Assembly (NCBI GenBank): GCA_963924565.1
Contig: OZ004608.1
Span: forward strand, 34,472,001 to 34,536,000
Length of the DNA stretch: 64,000 nt
Reading direction: 5' to 3'
Origin: Ascidiella aspersa
Lineage: Eukaryota
Part shown: in pieces, positions 22,901-34,629 of the stretch
Numbering within the stretch: position 1 is the first letter of the stretch
Layout: each line of letters opens with the position of its first letter
The notes under the pieces: generated by a model
Database searches by the model: none
The model's input: the letters and a program-made list of their open reading frames with translations, nothing else
What the model was told of the DNA's origin: nothing
Translations under genes and position numbers: made by a program

Positions 22901-24823
22901 TTATTTTAAATAATCAGATGTGCCACTAAAATCAAAATTGTAGTATAACTCAATATGAAAACTGTTTTCAAGCAAACCAAACATCAAAAAAATAACAATA
23001 TCCAAAAATATTTTTCAGTACATCGTGAACCTTCAGAGGGGCTAACCGAAATCAGTTTATCAATCAATTAATGTGTTCAGTTTAGAAAAAGTTTGAGAGT
23101 AATATGTTACAGCATACCTAATTTCCATAGCAAGGTGTACTACTTTTCCAAAAAATATTGTGTCACTTCACTTAAGAGCACTGTACATAAGCACGCCATA
23201 AATGATAATAAAAACATGTTTTATGAAAAGTGAAACTCCAGTTTAATATATTCGGGTTATCTATATTTCCATTTTTACAAAGAGCTCTACAACTGGCAGC
23301 AAAAAGTACAGTGTCATGTTCATTTAAGACCGCTGTATAAGGCTAGCCATAAATGTAGCAACAAAATTTAAGTGCAGAGAACAATGTGATGTTGATTGCA
23401 TTTTCTAATGTCAGGTAAGCCCCTAGCAATACTACATCCATGCATTATGTCCTATCGATTAAAATTTGCATGCAAGAAATATTATCCATCTAAATGTCAT
23501 AGTGGTCTCCCTAGTGTCTGGTATGGGGAGTCTGTGGTCTACATTAAGCTTGAGGCAGCAGTTTTTCACTGAATTAACAGCAAAACAAATTTAACATCTG
23601 GCATTACTTGAATCATATATAAAGAGATACAGAAAGGCAGATTAATAGTTGAATTTCAGGTTTTTTTAACAAAGCTGGGAAACGGTGCACTTTTAAACCT
23701 GTTTACCTCGTTTATGCTAATTTCAGCCTCCACGTATTGCAGGCCTTTTTGAATGATGGAAATGAGGGCAGCTGGTGGCACCAGGGCTCCATTGATGTTC
23801 GATTGGCTGATGTGGGATTCCAAACCAAACACAAAGGCACTATGCTGAAAACCTGAAGAAAAAATGGTTCTTAAAACGAAACCAACTTTAAATGGCAAAC
23901 AATTCATACTTTTTTTTAGTACACTATTCATCAATCTTTAATGTAGCTTGATAATGAATCAAAAAGCCAAAAAGGTCGAGTAGATCGACATCATCTAAAT
24001 GAATAAAACGCTTCATTCAAATTTGTATCATCTTTAGAAATTACTTCTCAGTCGCATTAACTAAAGATGACACAAGTTCGTATCGAAACGTCTTTATCAA
24101 GTAGATGTCAATCTACTCAACCTTTTTGGCTTTGCAATTCATTATCTTATTGTTTTTTTTTAAATATGATATTTCAGATATTAAATTGATATGTTGTCTG
24201 GTGAGAATAACTTAGTTTTAAAGCATATGAGCCCAACAAGTGAAAGTCATGTAAGGTCAATTTGGCAACTCAATGGGTAGGATGTGGAATATTTGACTTT
24301 GAAATGATGTAGCCTGTTCAAGTGTATTAATTGAAATGGCAAGATTGGGTTCCCATTTAGAACATGTGTTTTCTAATCCAGACATAAGAGGATCTTTGTT
24401 AACTTTAAAGTTATAAGCTGTGAAGTTCCAAATATAGTTTAACTTTACCCATCCTGCGCTAGATTGAAAGGCACACACAAATCTTTCACACTGGTGCCAT
24501 GCAAACAGAGTGCCTAAGAGGTATTGGAAAATCAATGTACGTTCAATATTTTATTTGTCATTTAGGTTTGCATTTGCCCACATCGTATTTCACAGAATTT
24601 TACAAAATATAATATGTCTCGATTTCAAATCACAAATAAAATCAGATTTCTTTGAAGATGGTTTCTGTTATGGTGTTGCTTAAATAGTTCTATAAAATGT
24701 GGTGTAAAACGGTTAATTTAGGCTAGAGTTAAAAAAACAACAAAGAAAGAAAAAATATAACTTACCAGATTCCTGAAGGTAGCGGTACACCAGAAAGTTG
24801 ACTTCATCTGATGTTATACTCAT
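7953..24823 (-). CDS. TBL1XR1: F-box-like/WD repeat-containing protein TBL1X/TBL1XR1 (ebi) homolog, NCoR/SMRT-HDAC3 corepressor subunit; 13 coding exons, 1749 nt, 582 aa
   Basis: N-terminus [68 protein letters not shown] (LisH/F-box-like); WD40 repeats [51 protein letters not shown]; C-terminus VCVLDLRK*. All junctions are GT-AG and in frame. Confidence 0.97.
8411..8512 (-). CDS. TBL1XR1: TBL1 coding exon 12 ([20 protein letters not shown]...ASDGT)
   Basis: gttgcag / gtgag boundaries; 102 nt. Confidence 0.95.
9253..9418 (-). CDS. TBL1XR1: TBL1 coding exon 11 ([10 protein letters not shown]...CVHIWSTQ)
   Basis: gcattcag / gtaaa boundaries; 166 nt. Confidence 0.95.
9798..9885. repeat. Imperfect inverted repeat (small MITE-like hairpin) in a TBL1 intron
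   Basis: atagatagaaa..cgctcttctggtgtacaacaag ... cttggtttacaccagagagcgactttccatctat. Confidence 0.55.
10058..10185 (-). CDS. TBL1XR1: TBL1 coding exon 10 (VWSMKHD...NLMLAS)
   Basis: gttccag / gtaac boundaries; 128 nt. Confidence 0.95.
10558..10632 (-). CDS. TBL1XR1: TBL1 coding exon 9 ([25 protein letters not shown])
   Basis: attaccag / gtaggt boundaries; 75 nt. Confidence 0.95.
11089..11210 (-). CDS. TBL1XR1: TBL1 coding exon 8 ([11 protein letters not shown]...KTFDGHS)
   Basis: tttctctcag / gtaagc boundaries; 122 nt. Confidence 0.95.
14455..14630. mobile_element. Abundant foldback/MITE family copy (ggagcataatggttggaggttgtag...cccatacagaagtaggtatcattttgaacgtttcgaata)
   Basis: Self-complementary arms; related copies near 15, 1790-2060, 2510-2650, 3590, 6640, 13060, 17000, 17460-17710, 22695, 36600 and 62070. 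Confidence 0.7.
17000..17147. mobile_element. Foldback/MITE family copy
   Basis: Same consensus as 14455-14630, with inverted arms (cagaagtaggtatc / gatacctacttctg). Confidence 0.65.
17987..18145 (-). CDS. TBL1XR1: TBL1 coding exon 7 ([19 protein letters not shown]...QQFPFHQ)
   Basis: ttttttcag / gtaaat boundaries; 159 nt. Confidence 0.95.
18879..18942 (-). CDS. TBL1XR1: TBL1 coding exon 6 ([21 protein letters not shown])
   Basis: gtatttag / gtaagt boundaries; 64 nt. Confidence 0.95.
19968..20158. repeat. Near-perfect ~95-bp tandem duplication in TBL1 intron 5
   Basis: aacttgttacaacagtgacacacactaag...gtttgacaaacacagac appears twice head-to-tail. Confidence 0.9.
20174..20336 (-). CDS. TBL1XR1: TBL1 coding exon 5 ([10 protein letters not shown]...[10 protein letters not shown])
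   Basis: aaatcag / gtgagt boundaries; 163 nt. Confidence 0.95.
20930..21098 (-). CDS. TBL1XR1: TBL1 coding exon 4 (...[24 protein letters not shown])
   Basis: acatttag / gtaaaa boundaries; 169 nt. Confidence 0.92.
22294..22663 (-). CDS. TBL1XR1: TBL1 coding exon 3 ([24 protein letters not shown]...GDHTLH)
   Basis: ttttactag / gtagtg boundaries; 370 nt; overlaps ORF 22268..22657. Confidence 0.9.
22696..22870. mobile_element. Foldback/MITE family copy about 30 bp from the TBL1 exon 3 acceptor
   Basis: Same consensus with inverted arms. Confidence 0.65.
23707..23852 (-). CDS. TBL1XR1: TBL1 coding exon 2 (GFQHSAF...EISINE)
   Basis: ttcttcag / gtaaac boundaries; 146 nt. Confidence 0.95.
23946..24147. 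mobile_element. Inverted-repeat MITE (second family)
   Basis: gataatgaatcaaaaagccaaaaaggtcgagtagat ... atctactcaacctttttggctttgcaattcattatc; half-copies at ~2750-2826 and ~28640-28710. Confidence 0.65.
24766..24823 (-). CDS. TBL1XR1: TBL1 coding exon 1 ([19 protein letters not shown])
   Basis: ATG at 24823; G|gtaag donor; probable UTR acceptor ttcacag at 24934-24935. Confidence 0.95.
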
Positions 24824-25479
24824 TGTTTTGTGGAAATACAAACAGCATTTATTGAGTCCTTTACAGTAGGTTAAAAGTTACATCCACTAATATGTCCACT
24901 TCATCCGACTTTTCTGACTGTATGTAACATATCCTGTGAAGCTTATGAAAAAATTTTCGGGATAAATCCAAGAAAACAGATTGTTGAAAACCAGCCTATT
25001 CACAAATTTACCAGCTAAACATGTGAAAAAGCTTTGAACTATAAAAGAATGATTATTTTAAACATAAGATCAAACAGTAAACAGATGTCTGAAGTCTAGA
25101 CATCTCTGGGAATTAGTTTTTGAAAAGTATCATAGAATAAATCAGCATGACCAGCCAAAATGCAGTGCAAAGCTTACGTGAAATAGTTGCCATGAGAGTT
25201 ACATAATTCTAAAAGCAGCGAAATATATATAATAAAAAGCACTGGACTACCAGTATTATTAATTCAAAGACAGTTAGCGATTGTGAAAAGAATAAGTCCA
25301 TTGTGGTCTATGATGGAGTTGGTAATTATATTTCATAAAAATACAATGCCCAGCAATTTACCCACTGTTATTAATTAAACAAAATTAAAGGGTAAGCATT
25401 GTTAGTTGTAAAAAGGAAATTGCACCCCGCACTACAACCAGGTATTTATACAATCGATATTCTGAATGTGCACAGGAAG

Positions 25480-26130
25480 TTACGGGCTTAAAACCGCGGC
25501 AGGCTTTCGCCGAAAAGATTTGTTGACACAAGTTCGGCGGTTTTTTGTGCCATTTCCATATTAGAAGTTTTGGGCCCGGGCGAAAAAGCAGCCTCAAAAA
25601 ATCTTAGGCGGGCCCCGGAATTCGGCTGCAAGGTCACATGGTACACGGGAATCGTCCAAAAAGCAATTGTGTGTGCCCGCACGGCGCGAGGCGAGCGTGT
25701 GTGCTTTTAACTTGTGCGCAACGCCGCTGAAGAAACACTCATGTACGCAACTATACCATTATGACCTCCGAAGCGTCAATATTTCCTTCGCTAGGCGAGC
25801 GGCGGGCGCGACCATTCGACCCAAGCGGGGTGCCGCCGAAGCGCGCTCGCACACCCGCGTTTTTAAATCAAAACAAAAGCGCCGCATGCCAACCGGGTCC
25901 GACCATTTTTCCTACCCGCCAATGAATCTACTTATTCCACTCGGCGCGCCCGTTGTCTCTTTGTAGGCGCTTTTCGCACGGGTTACAACATGAGCACATG
26001 CCTCCCCGCTTTTTTTTACTTCTTTCTTCGCGTCTTGGCCACCGCCTCGGCAGTCTAGGGCCTGAATATCCTGTCTCTTTCATACTCCCAAACAGCTGGT
26101 ACAGGCTGGATTTGTCTGCTGCCCTCAACC
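25480..26130. promoter_or_regulatory. CpG/GC-rich island upstream of TBL1, probable promoter or 5' regulatory region
   Basis: Sharp rise in GC/CpG content in an AT-rich background, 0.6-1.3 kb upstream of the ATG; no credible ORF. Confidence 0.5.
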
Positions 26131-29100
26131 ACCAAACAACCTAGTCCCCCTATTAACCATTATATTTATAATGAAAAAAGGTATACACCCTATAGACCTG
26201 CCCGTGTTGGCCAACAACGTATTCAATCAAAAATAACACAGCGAAACTACGTTTGGGGTGTTTAACTTCAAACGTTTTCCTGGTAGATTAATGGTGCAAC
26301 ATGTCAGTCGACAGCCATTATATCAATGCAAATTAACTGCTATTCCCACAACGGTACAATTTGACATTGAAACAGCATTAAAAGCGTAAGTGATTACCTT
26401 TAATATGCAGCAAAGTGTTTGAAAAACAGCATGCTCACATCGATAACATTACGTAGTCTAATTTTCCGCAAATTTACCTAAAGTTGCTAAATATGTTACC
26501 CTATTTGCAAAATTGTAAACAACACGCAAAACTTAATTCGTCATAGTGGTATGATTGTAGTCTACTATTATCACAACATACAAGCACTCTTAGCACTGCT
26601 TTATGCTCAGTAAAGGATCAATTAGTACATTATCTCTAAAAGGCAGCCATCGTATAGTGAACCGTTTCGAAACGGGAAAGAAAACGACCTTCCAAAACCA
26701 ACGTAATACAGCACATACATTCATACAATCATACATTACCTTGCACAACACAACACATCTTGTTGTTCAGTCTATTATGTTAGCCACTTCTTGCTTCTAC
26801 AGCACAACCACAAATAATAACCTGTCAAACTATTGCAAGCAACTACCAATGCCAGATCTTTGTAAGATGGGACAGAAGGGGTGCCTTCCGTGGAACGTAC
26901 TCCACTCCTAATAACTGCTCAACGACCGACCAACCATTACGATCCCATTGAAACGATGAGAAAGCTATCGAGTGACTGCTACGGGCTTCAATGCTAAATT
27001 TTACTGCAGTTTTCTACAAGTTACAGTCGACATTTTCCACAGCAGAATTCAAAAAGTACGTTTAGCGCCTGAAATTGCTAGGTTGAATTATAAAGTCACC
27101 GAAAAGGCAATGTGGACAACTGCTCCTGCCATTTAAAATAAAGAGAATAAAAAGAGGAGCTCTCCTTAACTCTGTAAAGAGTCGGCTGTAAGATGGAGAT
27201 AAACACAGCGGCGGACACGGCGCGCGCGCACATACACGGGTGGGATTGCATTCAAACGTGGCGCGGCATGCACACGCAAACGCACACGCGCAAAAGCACT
27301 ATTGCGTCACTGCGTTTTTCAGGCCTTTTTCACTACGAAGAACGAGCCAGGGCGTCCCGGCTTTGTCCATGTAAAAGCGGGCGCGACCATTGGCGCACGA
27401 TTGCGGGGTGTCGCGGCAAACAAGCAAAGAAAACAAATACGAGCGCTGCCGGCACCCTGCCGCCCTCAGTAGTAGTCGGGCCCGTTTCACAACAGCTTTT
27501 GCGACTGACGTGTTACAGACGGCTGGCTTCTGGCTACGGGGCCTGACAGCGCACTTTTTCCTTAGCCTTCTGAAACGACTGAATTACCTCGCAGCTCTCC
27601 GGCCTATGCGAACGAATTCCGGTGCTGAATAGTCTTTGTTTTCGTCGAATTGAAATCTATGACCTTGCATAAGTTTATTCCCCTGCTATTGGTGCATTTA
27701 TTTAAGGGAGGCATATCTCTTAGTGTATTGGGCTGCAATAACACAGTGCCATGTTATTGGAAAGAGGGCATGGTCTAACAATCTTGGCGTACCTCAGTGT
27801 CCACCTATTTTATTTCCTAAGCACAGAAAACGAAAAAAACGTTGTTAACTAACACAAAACGACCCAACTTTGAACTGTAAATTACCCGAAATATACATTT
27901 GAATAGCAACCAGAGAACATGGTGTCACCAAGATTCAATCTATTTTGTGCAACTTCAAAACGTCAAAAAGCACAAAAAACACAGCACAAATATATAAATA
28001 CAACATACAAATTTGGAGGCACATAACTATGAAGGTTTTCATTACAACGACTACAGTATGTACATTGTACAGAAATTGTATTGCTCGTTCAGAACTGGAT
28101 TTCCTGATAAGTAAAGTATCTCATTTCGTACCCTCTAATGACAAAAAAACACTTAAGACAGTTTCTGGCACGCACTGATTAGCTTGGCCTATGGCTAAAT
28201 GCAGCCATGTGCTCCACAAAAAAATGAAATTTTGCCTGGCTTTTTTTGATTTAAAATAACCAAGAGACGGCCATTATTTTCGTCAGCGCTATCCGGCATT
28301 GTCTTGGATTGTCGGTGTTCTGTTTCTCAATCACAAAAGCCACCCATACACACAAATCAATGGAATGGTGCAATAGAATACGTTGGCGAAAATTCTTCGA
28401 AAAACAGTTGTTTACCTGGATGTGATAAATGGGACATTTTTCACATCTATAAATGGGACAGCCTTCTACTGTGAGATACTGTATGTAGTTAAAAACGTTA
28501 TGTTTGTTTATCACACGTCCATATAATTAAGTTAAAAGCAAAAACTTCACCACCAAGGAATTGAGAGGCAGTCGAAATTCTTATAAAGGTAAAATCTCAT
28601 TTTTTTAACTATGGTAGACTATGCACAGATCTGTAATGTATCTTGATAATGAACTTCAAATCCAAAAAGATTGAGTCGTTATCAGTAGGAGGTTTCGATA
28701 CGAACTTGAATCCTTTTTCAGTTGATGTTTTTTAAACTAGTTTTACAGCTAGAGAGTAGGTCCGGTCGCCTACAAGTTGTGTGAAAATTTGTGTTTATTT
28801 TGTCAAATTCAGCAAAGCTTCGTCCAAAAATAGCAACCCGGACAAAGTAGCTTCAGCAGGACTCAAAGAGCCGAGCTGACAAAACCGCTTCAGCTCAGCA
28901 CTGTATTGTGTGTTGCCAGCAGTTGGTCTATTGCCACGTTGGAACGCGTGTTTCTCGCGCGCAAACGTGCATGTGCGCGCACACGGCAGTTCAATTCGAT
29001 AAAGTACAACGCGCCAAAGGTGCGGCTCGCACACACGCGTGCGCTCGTCTGCCACAATTGGAACCGTAACAAAGAGTGGGTGCTGTTTACTCTTCGAACG

Positions 29101-30107
29101 TTTCGCCTTTTGTTAAGTACTCATCCCCAAAACACCATAAAAAACAGTGTGTTGGCGTTTTTTTGCGTTTTGTGGGTAACCTAGACACTTAGACAGCAAC
29201 AGGAGACCTGACAGCCTTTCGCAGTGCTTTTTTTATGCAAAATTGCGAGTTTACAACTCGTCTTCTTGCATCTTCACAAAACTTGTTTCTTGAGCAAAAC
29301 CACTGGACGCGTATATTCTAGAACTCTGCATTGACTACCTACAGTTTTAAGTCGTGTGTTTCAGTTGGCGCGGGTGCTTTTTGCTCTGATAACAAAATCG
29401 TTACCGGAATTCACCCTCTTAAGCGGCTGGCGAATTGGCTTGCTGACTGTACTGTGTATGAGCATGTTCATAAGCAAACCGTGTTTTAATACATTTTTCA
29501 TCAGCAAATGATTTTAACCCATACAAACAGCCATATGGGACAACAAACCATAAAAAGCAGGTATTTTTAAGAAAAATTTAGTGTTAAAATTTGGGTAAAA
29601 ATTGTCAAAAACTTGTTTGCCTGTTTTTTATATGGTGTGAAATGAATGTTTTGACAACCAAACTCAGTCATTTCTGCTGCAAAAACAGTGCAATTAGGGC
29701 GGTAAACAACTTGTAAAAGTCCCGGTGTCAGCGACAGCACGTTCTGTGTGATTTAGTCGTGTCAAGGGCCTCGTGGCTAGCAAATTTAATTTAGTACATT
29801 CGGAAGTCTGTCACTTCAGCATGACAACTAGTAATATAAAAGCGCTTCGTCACCAAACCGCATTGATAGGTCTTGTGACTTTAACATAACAATTTGACAC
29901 AGTGCTGTGGCATTCGGTGAAGCGTAAAGTACCAAGCCGCGAAACTGCACAGAAATCAAGCGAAACTTTTAATTGAAATCCTAAACCGTTTTAAGGAGTA
30001 GCTTTTAGCGCTTTGTGGTGTTTGTAGTGACTAACGCACAGCCCGAGGCCACGTCTGTTTTTGACGGGCGCTGTACACTTGCTGTACAGTCAGAGGAAAC
30101 TAGCTTC

Positions 30108-30525
30108 TGAATCCTGAAGCTTGAAAAACAAACTAACAGTTTATTCACCATTTAGGCAAGCAGGGTGTGTTGGTTGACATTGAATGTTGAAGCATTGAAA
30201 ACAAGGGTTTGGGAAAATAAGTCAAAACTACACATACTTATGAATCCTGTATCCTGAAAAACACAAACCAACAGTTTTATCCCCCATTTTTAGCAATCAG
30301 GAAATATTCATTGAATTTTTTTTTTAATCTAACAACAAGCTATGAAAACAAGGGTTTGGGAAAATAAGTTACTAAGCAACCTTCCGAATCCTTTTTACTT
30401 AGACAAATGAACAACCAGTTTTATTCGCCCCTTTAAACAAGCAGTCACTGTGTAATGAATTAGCAGTTTTAAAGTTTAACCATTGCAACAGAAAACTGTG
30501 ATAAATAAGTTTGGGAAAATAATTG
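30108..30525. repeat. Degenerate tandem repeat, ~135-145-bp unit x3
   Basis: gaatcct...aacagttt(t)att... and tttgggaaaataa recur three times. Confidence 0.7.
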
Positions 30526-33192
30526 TTTTTAAGCAGGAGTAAAAACTGAACAGGGGTCACAAGACGTCAGAAAAACAATTTTTAATGGATTTGGGCCTCA
30601 CGACAACCATGCAGCCTGAGCGCAAAATGTAGCATGCTGTGGCGTGAATTTGGTGCGAGCTGAACTTGTTCTGTTCAACTTTGTCATACAGGCAGGAAGC
30701 GGGCAGAAACCTCGTTACACGACACAAAACGATTCGAAAAAAGCAAACCAGGGGCAAAAATCACTGTGTTTTGTCGCGATTCAAAACCGAAGCGTGAGAT
30801 CTCAAGTTTAGCCCGCGTTTCTGGCCTTTGTAGGTAAATATGTAACACAGTGTGAACGCCCCGCACCGCTGAGCATTCAGTTCCTTCCTGCCTCAAAGTC
30901 CAAAGCAGCGTTGCTGAGCGCGCAAACCTATTATCTCCAGTCCTCCCGGTTTCTCTTTCATTCTCCTTTCTTTCTCTCTATCGTTCTAATCCCGACCGCT
31001 GTTTGCCTTTTTCTTTCGCTTTTCGACTGCGGCGCAGTTGTACCAGTCGGGAGTCACGCCACAGCCTGTCGATATGGGCTGCTCGACTGTTTGATGGCCG
31101 AGTCTATAAATAAACGGCTGCTGCTGGGTTGGTGGTGGAATGCCACCGTCCGCCCTCGCCCCCTTTTTGCTGTGTAGGTTACAACACAACACGACACTTT
31201 TTTGATGTTATGTAATGTTTTGCGTTGCCGTAAAATGCTTTTTGGTGTGATGCAGTAAAAAAAAACGATGCAAAGTAGCCAATCCAACACTATAAAACAC
31301 TGTTCTGACTTGTTTTTTGTTTAATAATACATTTTTAACATTGGGCATTAAAATATATTTAGCAACACTATTCGGTGCAGATACATTTACATTAGATAGA
31401 GTTACTCTCGCCATTGAGACCGGCTTTCAATTTGAGTAAGTTGCCTTTTGGGCTCTCAAACTGTTTGCCTGCGGCACCAGCACACCTCTTCCAGATTTAC
31501 GCATTTGTAAAAAATAACCTGTTTGTATCACAAATAGACTTGCAGGTAAGCCTGCAGAAAAGCACACCAGTTAACAGATATCTGATGTTATTATGGTAGG
31601 CGTATTTTGCATTGTCGTGAAGTAAGGTTTATAGCCAAGTCGTAATTGTGTTGGGTTATGTTTAATGTGTGGCGCATTTCATGTAACATTGTTAGATCTC
31701 CGCAAGCTAAAAAAAGTTTGAGAACTAACCGTGTTCAACTGAACATGTTTTTCCCCTATACAAGTTCCCTTAGTGATTCCATTGCAGTGTAAAAAATATA
31801 TAAAGAAAGAAGTAAAGGTCTTAGTATTTATTTTTTTGGTCAAAGTAAATCCCTTTCCGTAATATTTCAGCAGCACGTGATTTCCCAAATGGCGGCAGCA
31901 TTCAAAAGTCGAGCCTATATTGATTTTTGTGGCTTGGCTGCCCCTATTAATACTTCTGATGTTGTTATAAGCTTTACGTGTAACTGTAAGGCATGCTTTC
32001 TTTAGTTGTTTGAGCATAGTAATGACGTTGATTGATATCACATCGCTATCGAACTTCGGTTTTTAAACATCCACTTGCATTGGATTTTTGTTGTTGATTT
32101 GTTTCCCAAATCTAGTAAGGCGTTCATTTTCTCCAGGGCGGCTTTCGGGCTGTACAGTTATCGGATATCAAACGTGTCCGTTTTGACGACTCTTGTCGAC
32201 TCAATAGCGGATGGTGTCCTATGGCAGGCGTACACAAAAGCGACGCTTCTCTTATCGCGCAGTAAACAACGGATTCTTGCCCTGTTAAGCCACACAACTA
32301 TGGCAACTCGCTAAAAGGCTAAACGACTGCTACTTCCGCTCAGGAAGCGTAGTAAAATCACGTGTTTTAGCAGCAAAAATCAAACGGCGGAACAGCTGTA
32401 TAGGCCTACTGCTGATAACTGTATTTTTGCCACAACAATATTGCAACAACTGCAAACTGGGTATTGTAATAAGAAAATTGCTGTAAGGCAGTTTAGATCA
32501 CATTTTTTAACTCGGGATCTGTACGGAAATTGAGATAGTTTTGTCCTATGATTATACCAAGTTTTGATGGATTTCGCGAAACGGCAAAGTTAAAATTTTG
32601 CTAGCTGTTTAAAGAGGATTTATCGCTGATCCAATGTGAGTTCAATGGAATCTATTTTTACACGTTGCCGTGACATACCCTTAAATTTTGTACGAAAAAT
32701 GATTGTCTCGGTCGCCTTTTCGTGCAACAATAAAATACAACATTTTGTCAATCAACAATCCTTGGAATTTGCAAATACGGATCAAAACCTATGTTCCTGG
32801 TAATATTTTGGCATAAAATATGCCTATTAACGTTTATCAAACCAAGCATCCGACTGAAGGTTGCATATCTTGTCTCACACTATTTCTTGACGACTATCTC
32901 CTGAATTTCGTTCTAATCGATTAAAATTTTGACACTGAGTGTTGTACCAGGGGAATATAGCCGTCAGGTCAAACCCAATTGCGGTAAGTTTCAATGTTTT
33001 ATGCAACGAATTAGATAAAGGTAGGGAACTCTTGACGACGAGGGCATTGCCGCCAACCAAAGTGGCTTGAACGATAAGCAATGTTATAGCGACACCTGAC
33101 GGAACACATTTGTTCAATGTTTGACCACTATGTGGCATTCAAGAAAAACGTAACTACCCAAGTAAACTGTCTACAAAATAGGTTTGAAATAG

Positions 33193-33542
33193 CAGTGTTG
33201 GTGTAAACCAGTGTTTTTGAAATGACTTACGTCCAATTCAAGTCATTTGTAAAAAAAAATTAGTCCAAATTAAATCATTTGTGAATAACTTAAGTCCAAG
33301 TCAAGTCATTTTGAATAAATAACAAGTAACAAAGTCAATTTCAATACAGCAAGAAAATTGTTTTGTGCAAATCTTAAGATGAATAACTCAAATTTGTAAT
33401 GAAAACAATTGATTTCAACCCAAGTCATATGTACCAAAGACTTAAGTCAAGTCAAGTCATAATGTCCAAGAGCCGCTAAAGTGAAGTCGTTTGAAAACAG
33501 TGACTTAAGTCAAGTCATTAACTTAAGTCATTACAACAATGT
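33193..33542. mobile_element. hAT-like MITE, (gactt/aagtc)-repeat family
   Basis: cagtgttg...ttacaacaatg ends and internal aagtcaagtca arrays; same family as 57879-58414. Confidence 0.65.
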
Positions 33543-34243
33543 GAAATACCCTTGAATCTTTTAAAAATGCCGTTCAGTGGCGTTAAAAACCATCTGCTGT
33601 TTTTAAGAATCAAAACTATGGATGGACCCAAATTTTGCAAACATGTAATTTCGCAAAGACACATTCCAAGCCTCGTGTTCGCAAAAAACTGAATTCCAAG
33701 TCATTGTCAACAAAAACAAAGAAATTTTCATTCCGAGTCAGCGGCATCAAAAATGTTAAATAGATAAATTGGTTAACACTTTCGATTTGAAGTATTATTT
33801 TACGTAATGCCAATACCAAAAAAAAAATAATAACTAGAAAGCAAACTGAACTATTTTTTTAAATTGAGGCAAACCTATTTCTAACAAAAATAGCATTTAC
33901 ACAGAATAGTTAAAGTAAAGCCAGAGAAAAGTTGCACTGAAGTCAAGTCGTTAAATGATTTTTTTGACACGATTGGGAGTCAGAAGTTTTTCAACAAATA
34001 AAATGTCAAGTACTAATTTATTCCGTAGTAAAAAATTCTTTGTCATCCGTCAAACGTTTAGTAAACTTGGTCGATTTTCTAGTGCGTTATTGGTTAATAT
34101 TAGTTTATAAATTTACATAAAGTGTAGCTATAGTAGCGATTGTGGCTCAAACAATTTATCGTAACCGACACCCCAGCAAAGTTAATTGTGATAAATTTAC
34201 TTGAAAATGCCGTTATGTCAAACAATTTTGTGGTTAGCCCAGG

Positions 34244-34629
34244 CAGTGGCGTAGCCAGCCGAAAAATTTGGAGGGGATCAAAAAGTTTGGATTTTTTTGT
34301 TTAGCTTTGGCATATTAACTCCTGTAACGAACAGAATAACAATGCTAGCAAACCTTTTCTAGCAGCAACTGACTGGGTGTTAAACGCAATACCCAAAACC
34401 ATTAAAAGAGCAAAAACTGTCAAAAAGTAGTAAAACTACATTAATGTATAGCAAACGTAATATTAACTATATCGTTTGTTACGTAACAATGCATGACAAT
34501 TAAAGGTGTTGTATGTGTGTGATCGAATGTTGCAGTACTGCTCATAAATGCTAAAAAAACAAATTATTAAGAATAAATTTTTTGGGGGGGCTATGGCCCC
34601 TTAGCCCTCCCCCCCTGGCTACGCCTATG
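34244..34629. mobile_element. hAT-like MITE
   Basis: TIRs cagtggcgtagccag / ctggctacgcctatg; exact 8-bp TSD agcccagg at 34236-34243 and 34630-34637. Confidence 0.85.
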
